From Candidatus Eiseniibacteriota bacterium (lineage in GTDB: Bacteria > ARS69), in the NCBI GenBank assembly GCA_052390515.1, contig JBQTGV010000008.1:1-45152 (forward strand): 45,152 nt of DNA, in the 5' to 3' direction. A program made the translations under genes and the position numbers. Shown here one piece after another: positions 1 through 8,648 of the stretch. Under the pieces are notes generated by a model that did no database searches, was not told the DNA's origin, and was given only the letters and a program-made list of their open reading frames with translations. How positions within the stretch are numbered: position 1 is the first letter of the stretch; the number at the start of each line of letters is the position of its first letter.

Positions 1-123
1 GTTCCCTCGGCCATCGACCGGGTGGGCGGCAGGCCCCGTCTCGTCGGATACGACGTCGACCGGGGGCTGTCCCGCTGCTTCCGGCTGGATCGAGTCCTCG
101 GGGCGCGGGCGGCGGAGGGGTAG
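1..123 (+). CDS. 3' end of a WYL-domain-containing protein (partial, runs off the window)
   Basis: Frame +1 reads VPSAIDRVGGRPRLVGYDVDRGLSRCFRLDRVLGARAAEG* (TAG 121-123). L.GYD..R...R.FRLDR matches the C-terminal WYL motif. Confidence 0.65.
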   Translation, partial: VPSAIDRVGGRPRLVGYDVDRGLSRCFRLDRVLGARAAEG

Positions 124-137
124 TCAGGCACCGTTTG

Positions 138-146
138 TGATAGAAT
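138..146 (+). promoter_or_regulatory. Putative extended -10 promoter (TGnTAGAAT) for the CRTAC1-like gene
   Basis: TGATAGAAT in an AT-rich patch just after the upstream stop codon; no clear -35. Confidence 0.5.
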
Positions 147-221
147 CGGGGCACCCTGAGCCGGTCCGAACCCCCCCTTGGACCGCTCGACCAGCGAGCG
201 AAGCAGCCCGGAGCTCCGCAT

Positions 222-2843
222 TTGGTCGCATCTCCACAGGCGATCCACACGCCCCGTACGCCCCGTGTGCGGATCCCCGCACTCGGCTTCGTCGTTGGGG
301 CGGCGGCCCTTCTGACCTGCGGGGGCGCCCGGGCGGCTTTCGTCGAGTCGGCTGCAGTCTGGGGAATTGCCGACGGCGACAGCATGAGCTACGCCGCAGG
401 ATTCCTGGATTTCGACGGGGACGGGGACCTCGACTTCTGCGTCAACAACCACTGGAAGGGTCCCGCAGAGCTCCTTCGCAATGATGGCGGTCCGCCCCTG
501 GTCGATCACTCCTCCCATTACGGCACGGGGAACAGCGACCGGCACGAACTTGGGCTGTGGGCCGACCTGGACAATGACGGGGACCCCGACCAGTACATCC
601 TCCACCCCCGGAACCAGCACAACGAGCTTTTCTGGAACGAGGGCAACGGCGTGTTCACCGAGGCGGCGATCGCCGCCGGCGTGAACGACTTCGATGGGCG
701 CGGCCGGGAGCTGACCGTCGCGGACTTCAACGGCGACCACTTGCTCGACCTCTGGGTGGTGAACGCGTTCCGCGCCGGCTTCGTTCGGCCGAACCGGCTC
801 TTCTGGAACAACGGCGATGGGACGTTCACGATGCAACCCAACGTCGGCGTGATGTTCGAAGCCCGGTTGCACACCGCGGCCGCCGATTACGACCAGGACG
901 GCCGGGTCGACATCGTCTCCACGAGCCCCTCCTTCCAGCCCGGCGAGTTCTGGCGGAACAACGGAGACTCCACGTTCACGAACGTCACCGCATCGGTGTT
1001 CCCCGGTATCACGCTTCCGCTCGATCAGGGTCAGGGTCTCACCTGGGCGGACTACGACGATGACGGCTGGCTGGATCTCCTGACCACAGGCGGCAACCGC
1101 GCGGTCTGGGAGACCATCGCCCTCGAGGGGGACTCGCTGCGGTTCTACGTCGAGCCGGACACGAACCAGACCCGCACCATCGTGATCGTGACCGACGGTG
1201 ACAGCGTGACCGTCAACGGCGTTCGCGGTGACTACTCGACCCTGACCTTGTACTACGGGAGCTCCGGCGCGTTCACGACCACTTTCCCGGTGACGTTCGG
1301 GCTCGATCAGCTCGACGGCGCGCCCACTCCGCTCACCGTGACCCGCGCGCTCTACTTGTGGCGTACGGTCGGTGCGGGCGCGGACAGCGTAACGCTCGTC
1401 GCCGGGGGAGCGGGCGGCACGTCCCTGTTCGAGGTGGGTGGGTCGCTCCGGGCGAACGGTGGTGGAATCCTCTCGTGGTCCACCTTGCCGCTCCTTCCGC
1501 CTCCGCCGTACGCCGGCGACGACTGGTCGAACCGCCTCTATCACAATGAAGGCGACGGCACGTTCACGGAGGTGACTGCCACTGCCTTCGCCGTGAACGA
1601 CGGGGTCTCGAACACCAAGACCGCGGCGTGGGGCGACTACGACAACGACGGCCGTCTCGACGTGTACATGTGCAACGGCGGCACCGTGGACACCGGGAAC
1701 CGGCCCAACTGGTTGTTCCGCAACAACGGCGACGGGACCTTCACGGAGGTCGCCGTGGCCGAGGGCGTGCAAGGTTCGACGCGGGGCATGTCCGACGGCG
1801 CATGCTGGGGCGACGTGAACGAGGACGGCTTCCTGGATCTCTTCGTGGCGAACGGGGCCGAGCATCCGCCGATCGGGGTCGGTCCGCGCGAGCTGTTCAT
1901 GAATACGCCGAACGGCAACCACTGGATCCGCCTACAGCTCCGCGGGCTCGTCTCGAACGGCAGCGGGATCGGGGCGCGCCTGCGTTTCGTGAGCGCATCG
2001 GGCGTGCGCTGGAGGTACCGCCTGGGCGAGAGCGAAGAAGGCTTCGCGGACGATCCGGCGATCCACTGCGGCCTGGGCGCGGACGCGGTCGTCGACACAC
2101 TTCAAGTCGTCTGGCCCTCCGGGCAGATCGACACGTTCGAGCAGGTGCAGGCCGATCGGAAGTACTTCGCCATCGAGGGGAAGCCGCTGCGCGAGATGAC
2201 CAACCCGCACTTCATCGTGCTGTCGGGCGGTATCCAGGACTCGCTCGACCTCGACGAAGTGCGGCAGTACCCGGTGGCGGTGGACAACTTCGGCGGCCTC
2301 GCCGCGAACGTGGTCGCCAGGTTCGAGGACTGCGCGACCGGACTCCCGATCAGCTGGCTCGCCCTCGATCCGCCGAGCACGACGGTCTGGCCCGGCGGTG
2401 CGCCTCCCTTCACGCTGACTGCCGACGCGACGGGGCTGGCGGAGGGCGCGTACTGTGGGCGGGTCGTCTTCGAGTCGAACAGCTTCCTGGGACCGGACAC
2501 GCTGCTCGTCGACATCGACGTCTCCGACTTGCCCGTCGGGGCGGATGCCGCGCCCGCGCTGCCATCCGCGTTCGCGCTGTCCCCGCCGCGGCCGAACCCG
2601 GCCCAGCGCTTCAGCGCGGTCGACCTCGCCCTGCCCGAGCGGCGCGCCGTGGAGGTCTCCGTCCACGACGTCGGCGGACGCCGGCTTCGCACGCTGCTGC
2701 AGGGCGAGCGCCCCGCGGGGTGGCATCGGATCGTGTGGGACAGGAGCGATGCCTCCGGCCGCTCGGTCGCGCCGGGGATCTATCTCCTGCGGGTCGTGGC
2801 GGGGCAGGACCACGTCTCGCGCAAGATCGTCGTTCTCGACTGA
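222..2843 (+). CDS. Secreted CRTAC1/ASPIC-UnbV family FG-GAP repeat protein with C-terminal FlgD-Ig/T9SS-like domain (true start may be GTG 267)
   Basis: Signal-peptide-like N-terminus; repeated DxDxDGxxD and NNGDGTFT motifs; ASPIC/UnbV segment (NHWIRLQLRG..SNGSGIGA...HCGLG...VVWPSG); tail FALSPPRPNP...WDRSDASGRSVAPGIY...RKIVVLD. Confidence 0.85.
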   Translation: MVASPQAIHTPRTPRVRIPALGFVVGAAALLTCGGARAAFVESAAVWGIADGDSMSYAAGFLDFDGDGDLDFCVNNHWKGPAELLRNDGGPPLVDHSSHYGTGNSDRHELGLWADLDNDGDPDQYILHPRNQHNELFWNEGNGVFTEAAIAAGVNDFDGRGRELTVADFNGDHLLDLWVVNAFRAGFVRPNRLFWNNGDGTFTMQPNVGVMFEARLHTAAADYDQDGRVDIVSTSPSFQPGEFWRNNGDSTFTNVTASVFPGITLPLDQGQGLTWADYDDDGWLDLLTTGGNRAVWETIALEGDSLRFYVEPDTNQTRTIVIVTDGDSVTVNGVRGDYSTLTLYYGSSGAFTTTFPVTFGLDQLDGAPTPLTVTRALYLWRTVGAGADSVTLVAGGAGGTSLFEVGGSLRANGGGILSWSTLPLLPPPPYAGDDWSNRLYHNEGDGTFTEVTATAFAVNDGVSNTKTAAWGDYDNDGRLDVYMCNGGTVDTGNRPNWLFRNNGDGTFTEVAVAEGVQGSTRGMSDGACWGDVNEDGFLDLFVANGAEHPPIGVGPRELFMNTPNGNHWIRLQLRGLVSNGSGIGARLRFVSASGVRWRYRLGESEEGFADDPAIHCGLGADAVVDTLQVVWPSGQIDTFEQVQADRKYFAIEGKPLREMTNPHFIVLSGGIQDSLDLDEVRQYPVAVDNFGGLAANVVARFEDCATGLPISWLALDPPSTTVWPGGAPPFTLTADATGLAEGAYCGRVVFESNSFLGPDTLLVDIDVSDLPVGADAAPALPSAFALSPPRPNPAQRFSAVDLALPERRAVEVSVHDVGGRRLRTLLQGERPAGWHRIVWDRSDASGRSVAPGIYLLRVVAGQDHVSRKIVVLD

Positions 2844-2951
2844 GCGGCGTTTTTCCCATTCCCGAATCGATCTCACCCGCATAGTATTCCGGATGCCCGT
2901 CCGTCCGGCGGGCAGCCGCAGCACAGCCGGCCACCCAGGGAGGTCGATTCG

Positions 2952-3290
2952 ATGGCCTACGTCGTCACCGAGCCGTGCATTCGATGCAAGTACACGGATT
3001 GCGTCGCGGTATGTCCGGTGGAGGCCTTCAAGGAAGGGAAGAACTTCCTCGTCATCGACCCGGACATCTGCGTGGACTGCGACCTGTGCGTTCCGGAGTG
3101 TCCGGTCGAGGCGATCTACGCCGAGGACAACGTCCCGGCGAAGTGGGCGCACTACAAGGACCTCAACGCGCGCTTCTCTCAGGAGTGGCCGACGATCTCC
3201 GAGCAGAAGGATCCGCTCCCGGATGCGGACGAGTGGAAGGGCGTCGAATCGAAGAGCGAGCAGCTTGATCCGAGTGCTGCCGGGGGCTGA
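2952..3290 (+). CDS. fdxA: 7Fe-type ferredoxin (FdxA/Azotobacter FdI-like)
   Basis: [14 protein letters not shown] and [12 protein letters not shown] motifs plus the [17 protein letters not shown] tail; GGGAGG RBS upstream. Confidence 0.92.
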   Translation: MAYVVTEPCIRCKYTDCVAVCPVEAFKEGKNFLVIDPDICVDCDLCVPECPVEAIYAEDNVPAKWAHYKDLNARFSQEWPTISEQKDPLPDADEWKGVESKSEQLDPSAAGG

Positions 3291-3312
3291 TCGGGCCCCG
3301 GTCCGGTCCACC

Positions 3313-4215
3313 GTGCCTCTCCTGGACCGCTTCGTCGCGGCTGCCGTGCCGTATCTGCCGCGCGCGCTGGTCGGGCAGGTCGCTCGGCGATACATCTCCG
3401 GGGAAGATCTCGGTTCCGCGCTTCGCGTCACTGCCGAGCTGAACGCGCGCGGCATCGCCACCACGCTCGACGTGCTCGGCGAGCACGTGACCCGCCTCGA
3501 TGAGGCCCGAAGCACCGTCGGCGTGTACCTCGGCGTGCTTCGCGGCCTGGAGGAGAGGCGGCTCGACGGCAACATCTCGGTGAAGCTGACCCACCTGGGA
3601 CTCGCCTTGGATCGGGCGCGCTGCCAGGAGCACGTCCGCACCCTGGTCGACGACGCCGCGCGCCGCGGGATCTTCGTGCGCATCGACATGGAGGACTCCT
3701 CGACGACCGACGCGACGCTGGACATCTACCGCGAGGTCCGCAGGGCCCGGAGCAACGTCGGGGTGGTCCTGCAGTCGCGGCTGCACCGCAGCGAGAGGGA
3801 CGCGCGTGCGCTGGCCGACATGGGCGCGCGGGTCCGGGTGTGCAAGGGCATCTACCAGGAGCCCGCCGAGATCGCGCATCAGGATGGCCGCGCCATCAAT
3901 CAGGCGTTCCTCCGTATCGTCGAGCATCTCCTGGGGCGAGGCTGCCACGTGGGGATCGCGACGCACGACCCCGGTCTGGTGGAAGGCTCTTACCGCATCC
4001 TCGAGAAGCTCGGCGGCTGCGCCGGCCTCTACGAGTTCCAGATGCTGTGGGGCGTCTCCGAGGGGCTGCGCAGTTCCATCCGCCGCGCCGGCCATCCGCT
4101 GCGGGTCTACGTGCCCTTCGGCCGCGAGTGGTACGCGTACTCCATTCGGAGGCTACGGGAGAATCCTCAGATCGCCGGCCACGTGTTCCGCGCGATGATC
4201 CGGCTCGGGCGCTGA
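3313..4215 (+). CDS. Monofunctional proline dehydrogenase (start GTG 3313 inferred)
   Basis: RRYISGE, LDVLGE, ISVKLT, VRIDMEDS, RVCKGIY, IATHD, EFQML, VYVPFG and WYAYSIRRLRENP motifs. Confidence 0.9.
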   Translation: MPLLDRFVAAAVPYLPRALVGQVARRYISGEDLGSALRVTAELNARGIATTLDVLGEHVTRLDEARSTVGVYLGVLRGLEERRLDGNISVKLTHLGLALDRARCQEHVRTLVDDAARRGIFVRIDMEDSSTTDATLDIYREVRRARSNVGVVLQSRLHRSERDARALADMGARVRVCKGIYQEPAEIAHQDGRAINQAFLRIVEHLLGRGCHVGIATHDPGLVEGSYRILEKLGGCAGLYEFQMLWGVSEGLRSSIRRAGHPLRVYVPFGREWYAYSIRRLRENPQIAGHVFRAMIRLGR

Positions 4216-4312
4216 GCGTCCACGTCCCCGCACGGGAGCGCCGCACCTGTCGCCGGTTGCTCCGCCCGCGCGGCCGACGTACCATTCGTGATCGTACCCG
4301 GAGGAACCTGCC

Positions 4313-5422
4313 GTGCGACTGACCCGCGACGTGATCCGGCGCATGCCCAAGGTGCTGCTGCACGACCACCTGGACGGGGGCCTGCGGCCGGCCACGGTGA
4401 TCGAGCTGGCCCGCGACCAGGACGTCTCGCTGCCCTCGCGGGACCCGCAGGAGCTGGCCCGGTGGTTCCACGAGGGGGCGATGGTGGGGAACCTGCCGCA
4501 GTACCTGAAGGGCTTCTCGGTGACGTGCGCCGTCATGCAGCAGCGGGAAGCGCTGGAGCGGGTGGCCGAGGAGATGCTCGAGGACATGGCCGCGGACGGC
4601 GTGGTCTACGTGGAGACGCGCTTCTCGCCGCTGTTCCACACCCAGGGCGGCCTCAAGCACGACGAAGTGCTCGACTCCGTGATCCGCGGTCTGGAGCGCG
4701 GGCGCGAGGCGCACGGCGTGCGCTGGGGAATCATCCTCTGCGCGATGCGCAGCATGGACCCGATGACGAGCCTGGCCATGGCGGAGCTGGCCGTGGCCTA
4801 CCGCGGCCGCGGCGTCGTCGGCTTCGACCTGGCCGGCGACGAGATGGGCAATCCGCCGAAGCACCACCTGGACGCCTTCCAGTACGTGCAGCGCGCGAAC
4901 TTCAGCATCACCATCCACGCCGGCGAGGCCTTCGGCAAGGAGTCGATCTGGCAGGCGCTGCAGTTCTGCGGAGCGCACCGCATCGGGCACGCCACCCGCC
5001 TGCAGGAGGATCTGTTCCTCGAGGGCGGGCGCGTCGTGGGCATCGGCTCCCTCGCCGGGTACGTCCTCGACAAGCGGATTCCGCTGGAGATCTGCCTGAC
5101 GTCCAACCTGCACACCGGCGCGGCGGAGTCCTACGCGGACCATCCGTTCCGATCCTTCTTCGACAAGAAGTTCCGCGTCACGCTGAACACCGACAATCGC
5201 CTCATGTCCGACGTTTCCATGACCGGCGAGTTCGAGGTGGCGGCGCGCGAGTACGGGCTGGACTTCAACGACCTGGAGAAGATCGCGATCAACTCCATGA
5301 AGAGCTCGTTCCTGCCCTACAACCAGCGTCTCGCGGTGATCTACGACGTCCTCAAGCCCGGCTACGCGCGCCTCCGCGAGGAGCTCGGGCTCGCGCCGCT
5401 GCCCACCTACGCGGCCCCTTGA
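4313..5422 (+). CDS. add: Adenosine deaminase
   Basis: PKVLLHDHLDGG, GFDLAGDE, TIHAGE, RIGH, EICLTSN and NTDN motifs; GGAGG RBS. Confidence 0.93.
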   Translation: MRLTRDVIRRMPKVLLHDHLDGGLRPATVIELARDQDVSLPSRDPQELARWFHEGAMVGNLPQYLKGFSVTCAVMQQREALERVAEEMLEDMAADGVVYVETRFSPLFHTQGGLKHDEVLDSVIRGLERGREAHGVRWGIILCAMRSMDPMTSLAMAELAVAYRGRGVVGFDLAGDEMGNPPKHHLDAFQYVQRANFSITIHAGEAFGKESIWQALQFCGAHRIGHATRLQEDLFLEGGRVVGIGSLAGYVLDKRIPLEICLTSNLHTGAAESYADHPFRSFFDKKFRVTLNTDNRLMSDVSMTGEFEVAAREYGLDFNDLEKIAINSMKSSFLPYNQRLAVIYDVLKPGYARLREELGLAPLPTYAAP

Positions 5423-6807
5423 TCGGTACCGATCCCGCACCACGTCCGAGCGCGGTCGTGGTTCCGCTGGTGCGCGACCCCGCGGGCGGGGTCCGCGTGC
5501 TGGTCGGCCGCCGGCGCTCGCGTTTCCTGGGCGGGTTCTTCTCGTTCCCGGGAGGGACGGTGGAGCCTTCCGATGGGGATCCCGTCTCCGATGGCGACCG
5601 CTGTTTCCGGCGGACCGCGGTGCGCGAGCTGGCCGAGGAAACCGGCATCCGCGTCGAGCCGGAAGCGCTTCGGGACGCGGGCCGGCGGATCACTCCGCCG
5701 TTCTTCCCACGTCGCTTCGACACGCGCTTCTACCTCCTGGCACTTCCGGACGAGGTCGCGCCGCGTCCCGAGCTCCCCGGCGAGTTCGATGAGCTGCGCT
5801 GGGCGAAGGCCTCCGCGGTCGACCGCTCCTGGCGCGAGCTCGAGATCCGCGTCGCACCGCCGTTGATCCCCATCCTGCAGGAGCTGGCCGCGGTCGGTGC
5901 GGAGACGTGGGACGAGATCGCGCGGCGGCTCTCCGCGGTGAACGCGGAGATGGAGAGCGGGATCGGGCCGCGCATCGAGTTCGTCCCCGGCGTGCTGATG
6001 GTTCCCCTCTCCACGATCACCCTACCTCCGGCGACGACGACGAATTGCTACGTGGTGGGCTCCGGGCGCTTCGCCGTGATCGATCCCGGCGGGCGAGGCC
6101 GCGAGGCGGCGCGCCTGCTCCGACACCTCGAGGCGCGCTCCGGCGAGCAGGCGCGTCCGGCGGCGGTGGTCCTCACGCATCATCATTCCGACCACGTGGG
6201 CGGAGCCGTCGAGACGGCGCTGGCTCTCGGCGTTCCCGTGTTCGCCCATCCGCTCACCTGGAGCCTGTGGTCCGACGGGGAAGCCCTCGCCGCGCGGGGG
6301 TTGGTCAGGGAGCTGCGCGACGGAGAGTGCATCGAGCTCGACGACGGCGAGCGTCTGCGCGCGCTGCACACGCCGGGCCACGCCGCCGGTCATCTCGCCC
6401 TGATGGAGGAGAGGCGGGGAAGCCTCTTCGCCGGGGATCTGGTCAGCGGGCTCTCGACCATTCTCGTGGATTCCGCGCCGGGGAGCCTGGACCTCTACCT
6501 GGCGTCGCTCGAGCGGATCCGCGATGCAGGCGCGCGCACCCTGTTCCCCGCGCACGGCCCGCCGATGATCTCGCCGAGGGAGGATGTGCAGCGGGTGATC
6601 GATCATCGTCACGACCGGGAGGCGAGGATCCTGGCCGCGCTGGAGGCCGGCCCGAAGAGCGTCGGGGACATCGCGGCGCGCGCGTACGAAGACACGCCAC
6701 AGGCGCCGACCTCGCTCGCGGTGAGCCAGACGGCCGCGCACCTCGACCGGCTCGTTCGCCTCGCGCGGGTGCGCCGCCGCGGCGACCTCTGGGACCTGGC
6801 GGAGTGA
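5419..6807 (+). CDS. NUDIX hydrolase / metallo-beta-lactamase-fold (LACTB2-like) fusion protein
   Basis: TTG start overlaps the add stop (TTGA). Nudix box FPGG...AVRELAEETG, RRFDTRFY, TLPPATTTN, THHHSDH, HTPGH, AGD and PAHG motifs, then a C-terminal wHTH-like segment. Confidence 0.85.
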   Translation: MIGTDPAPRPSAVVVPLVRDPAGGVRVLVGRRRSRFLGGFFSFPGGTVEPSDGDPVSDGDRCFRRTAVRELAEETGIRVEPEALRDAGRRITPPFFPRRFDTRFYLLALPDEVAPRPELPGEFDELRWAKASAVDRSWRELEIRVAPPLIPILQELAAVGAETWDEIARRLSAVNAEMESGIGPRIEFVPGVLMVPLSTITLPPATTTNCYVVGSGRFAVIDPGGRGREAARLLRHLEARSGEQARPAAVVLTHHHSDHVGGAVETALALGVPVFAHPLTWSLWSDGEALAARGLVRELRDGECIELDDGERLRALHTPGHAAGHLALMEERRGSLFAGDLVSGLSTILVDSAPGSLDLYLASLERIRDAGARTLFPAHGPPMISPREDVQRVIDHRHDREARILAALEAGPKSVGDIAARAYEDTPQAPTSLAVSQTAAHLDRLVRLARVRRRGDLWDLAE

Positions 6808-6836
6808 CGGCGGCCGCCGGCGTGGTAGGGTCGGTC

Positions 6837-7796
6837 ATGCCGCGGACCGCCGAGATCATCAGCGCGAGCCGGCGCACGGACGTGCCAGCGTTCCACACGC
6901 GCTGGTTCCTGAACCGCCTCCGCGCCGGGTGGTGCCACTGGATCCACCCCTACACGGGAGTCGTGCGCCGCGTTTCGCTCGTTCCGGAGGACGTGGAGGC
7001 GATCGTGTTCTGGACGCGCTGGCCGGTGCCGCTCCTCCGGCACATCGCGGCGATCTCGGCCGACGGGTACACGCTCGCCTTCCAGTTCACGATCACCGGA
7101 TACGGTCCGCCGATCGAGTCGCACAATCCGCCCGAGGAGCGCGCCGTGGCCGCGTTCGAGAAGCTCTCGCGCGCGGTCGGCGCGGAGGCGGTGCTGTGGC
7201 GGTACGATCCCGTCGTGCTCTCGCCGGAGATGACGCCGGACTGGCACGTGGAGAGCTTCGCCCGCGTCGCGCGGCGGCTCTCGGGTCTCACCCGGCGATG
7301 CACGTTCTCGTTCGTGGACTTCTACGGGAAGACGCAGCGCAATCTCCGCAAGGTGGAGGAGGCGTCGGGCACGAGCTTCGGCCGGCCGGACACGGGCGAG
7401 AAGCAGGACCTCGCGAGGAGGCTCGGCGCCATCGCGGGCGAGCACGGCATGGCCATGCTCTCGTGCTGCGACGACGCGCTGGTCGGCGGCCCGGTGGGGA
7501 AGTCGCGGTGCGTCGATCCCGATCTCGTCGCCGCCCTGCGGGGAGGGGTACGCCTCACCGTGCCGCCCCGACCCACCCGCCCCGACTGCGGATGCGTGCG
7601 GTCGGTCGACATCGGGTGTTACGATAGCTGCGCGTTCGGCTGTGCGTACTGCTACGCCACCTCGAGCCGAGGAGCGGCGCGGAAGCGGCTGGCCGAGGCC
7701 GATCCCGAGGATTCCGTCCTCTGGCGGCCCCCGAGCCTGCGAGGGGTGGACCTCGGCCGGGAAGCTGCCCTTGCCCCGGCGACCGCCCAGGTTTAA
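6837..7796 (+). CDS. DUF1848 family protein (radical-SAM-like, C-terminal CxxxCxxC)
   Basis: IISASRRTDVPAF, IVFWT, WRYDP and CGCVRSVDIGCYDSCAFGCAYCYA motifs. Confidence 0.88.
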   Translation: MPRTAEIISASRRTDVPAFHTRWFLNRLRAGWCHWIHPYTGVVRRVSLVPEDVEAIVFWTRWPVPLLRHIAAISADGYTLAFQFTITGYGPPIESHNPPEERAVAAFEKLSRAVGAEAVLWRYDPVVLSPEMTPDWHVESFARVARRLSGLTRRCTFSFVDFYGKTQRNLRKVEEASGTSFGRPDTGEKQDLARRLGAIAGEHGMAMLSCCDDALVGGPVGKSRCVDPDLVAALRGGVRLTVPPRPTRPDCGCVRSVDIGCYDSCAFGCAYCYATSSRGAARKRLAEADPEDSVLWRPPSLRGVDLGREAALAPATAQV

Positions 7797-7811
7797 GTTA
7801 GGTGAACTTTC
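7793..7811 (+). promoter_or_regulatory. Putative DtxR/IdeR-type operator upstream of regulator-feoAB
   Basis: TTAAGTTAGGTGAACTTTC contains the inverted repeat AAGTT-N5-AACTT and matches 13/19 positions of TTAGGTTAGGCTAACCTAA. It is an AT-rich island ending 28 bp before the regulator ATG. Confidence 0.65.
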
Positions 7812-7839
7812 TTTAGCCGTCCGAATCCCGAGGCGCTTC

Positions 7840-8388
7840 ATGGAAGTCTGGAAGAGGTTCCACGAGAAGGAAGTCTCCCACTCGATGGCGCACTACCTGC
7901 AGGCCGTCGCCGCGCTCAAGCGGCAGAAGGGGTACGCGCGAGTCGGGGACATCGCCGATTCGCTGGGCGTGTCCAAGAGCGGGGTGACTTCCATGCTGCG
8001 CTCGCTCCGTGCTCGCGGCCTCGTCGATCACGAGCGTTATGGGTGCGTGGAGCTGACCGCGTCGGGACAGCAGCTCGCCTCGCGCACGGAGTCCAACCGC
8101 GAGGTCCTCTCCATCTTCTTCCGGGACATCCTGGGCGTGTCCGAGGACACCGCGCGGGAAGATGCGTGCATGATCGAGCACCTGGTGAGCCCGGAGGCGA
8201 TGGCCCGCCTCCTCCGTCTGATCAACGCGCTCGGCTCCGGCAGCGACGTGGCCGTCCGCTTTCGCGAGGCGTTCCGCAACCACCATCAGAGCTGCGCGGA
8301 GACCGGCGGCGAGTGCGAGATCTGCCGCGGGAACGCGTGCCTGATCGAGACCTGGGAGCGCGAAGCCTCCGCCGGGGGCGCGCCTTGA
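7840..8388 (+). CDS. DtxR/MntR family metal-dependent transcriptional regulator
   Basis: HYLQAV...ARVGDIADSLGVSKSGVTSMLRSL HTH; ILGVSEDTAREDACMIEH dimerisation/metal site; precedes feoAB. Confidence 0.9.
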   Translation: MEVWKRFHEKEVSHSMAHYLQAVAALKRQKGYARVGDIADSLGVSKSGVTSMLRSLRARGLVDHERYGCVELTASGQQLASRTESNREVLSIFFRDILGVSEDTAREDACMIEHLVSPEAMARLLRLINALGSGSDVAVRFREAFRNHHQSCAETGGECEICRGNACLIETWEREASAGGAP

Positions 8389-8648
8389 AGCTCCACCTGG
8401 TGGAAGGAGGCGAAGGTCGTCCCGTGCGCCTGAACGAGCTTCGCCCCGGAGAGCGGTGCGTCGTCCGCGGCATCGACGGGGCGCCCCACGCGGTCCGCCG
8501 CCTGATGGAGCTCGGGCTCGTGCCCGGTACCCGTGTCGAGTTCGTTCGCTCCGCCCCACTGGGCGATCCCTTCGAGCTGGTCGTCCGGGGAACCCACCTG
8601 TCGCTCCGGCGCTCGGACGCGGAGCAGGTTCATGTCGATCGGGTCTGA
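8385..8648 (+). CDS. feoA: Ferrous iron transport protein A
   Basis: LNELRPGE...RRLMELGLVPGT...APLGDP...LSLRRSDA; TTG start overlaps the regulator stop. Confidence 0.92.
   Translation: MKLHLVEGGEGRPVRLNELRPGERCVVRGIDGAPHAVRRLMELGLVPGTRVEFVRSAPLGDPFELVVRGTHLSLRRSDAEQVHVDRV

Noticed and set aside
400-1850. Recurring nucleotide motifs such as aacaacggcgacgggac
   Set aside because: These are coding repeats of FG-GAP blades, not CRISPR or DNA repeats, and there is no regular repeat-spacer periodicity.
2455-3312. Long N-terminal extensions in the ORF track (2455, 4288, 5907, 21539, 26166, 29923, 32047, 39027; minus 13162, 16402, 37386, 38216, 38815)
   Set aside because: They are Arg/Pro/Gly-rich out-of-frame read-throughs overlapping real upstream genes, not true fusions. 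Starts were reassigned using motifs, RBS and overlaps.
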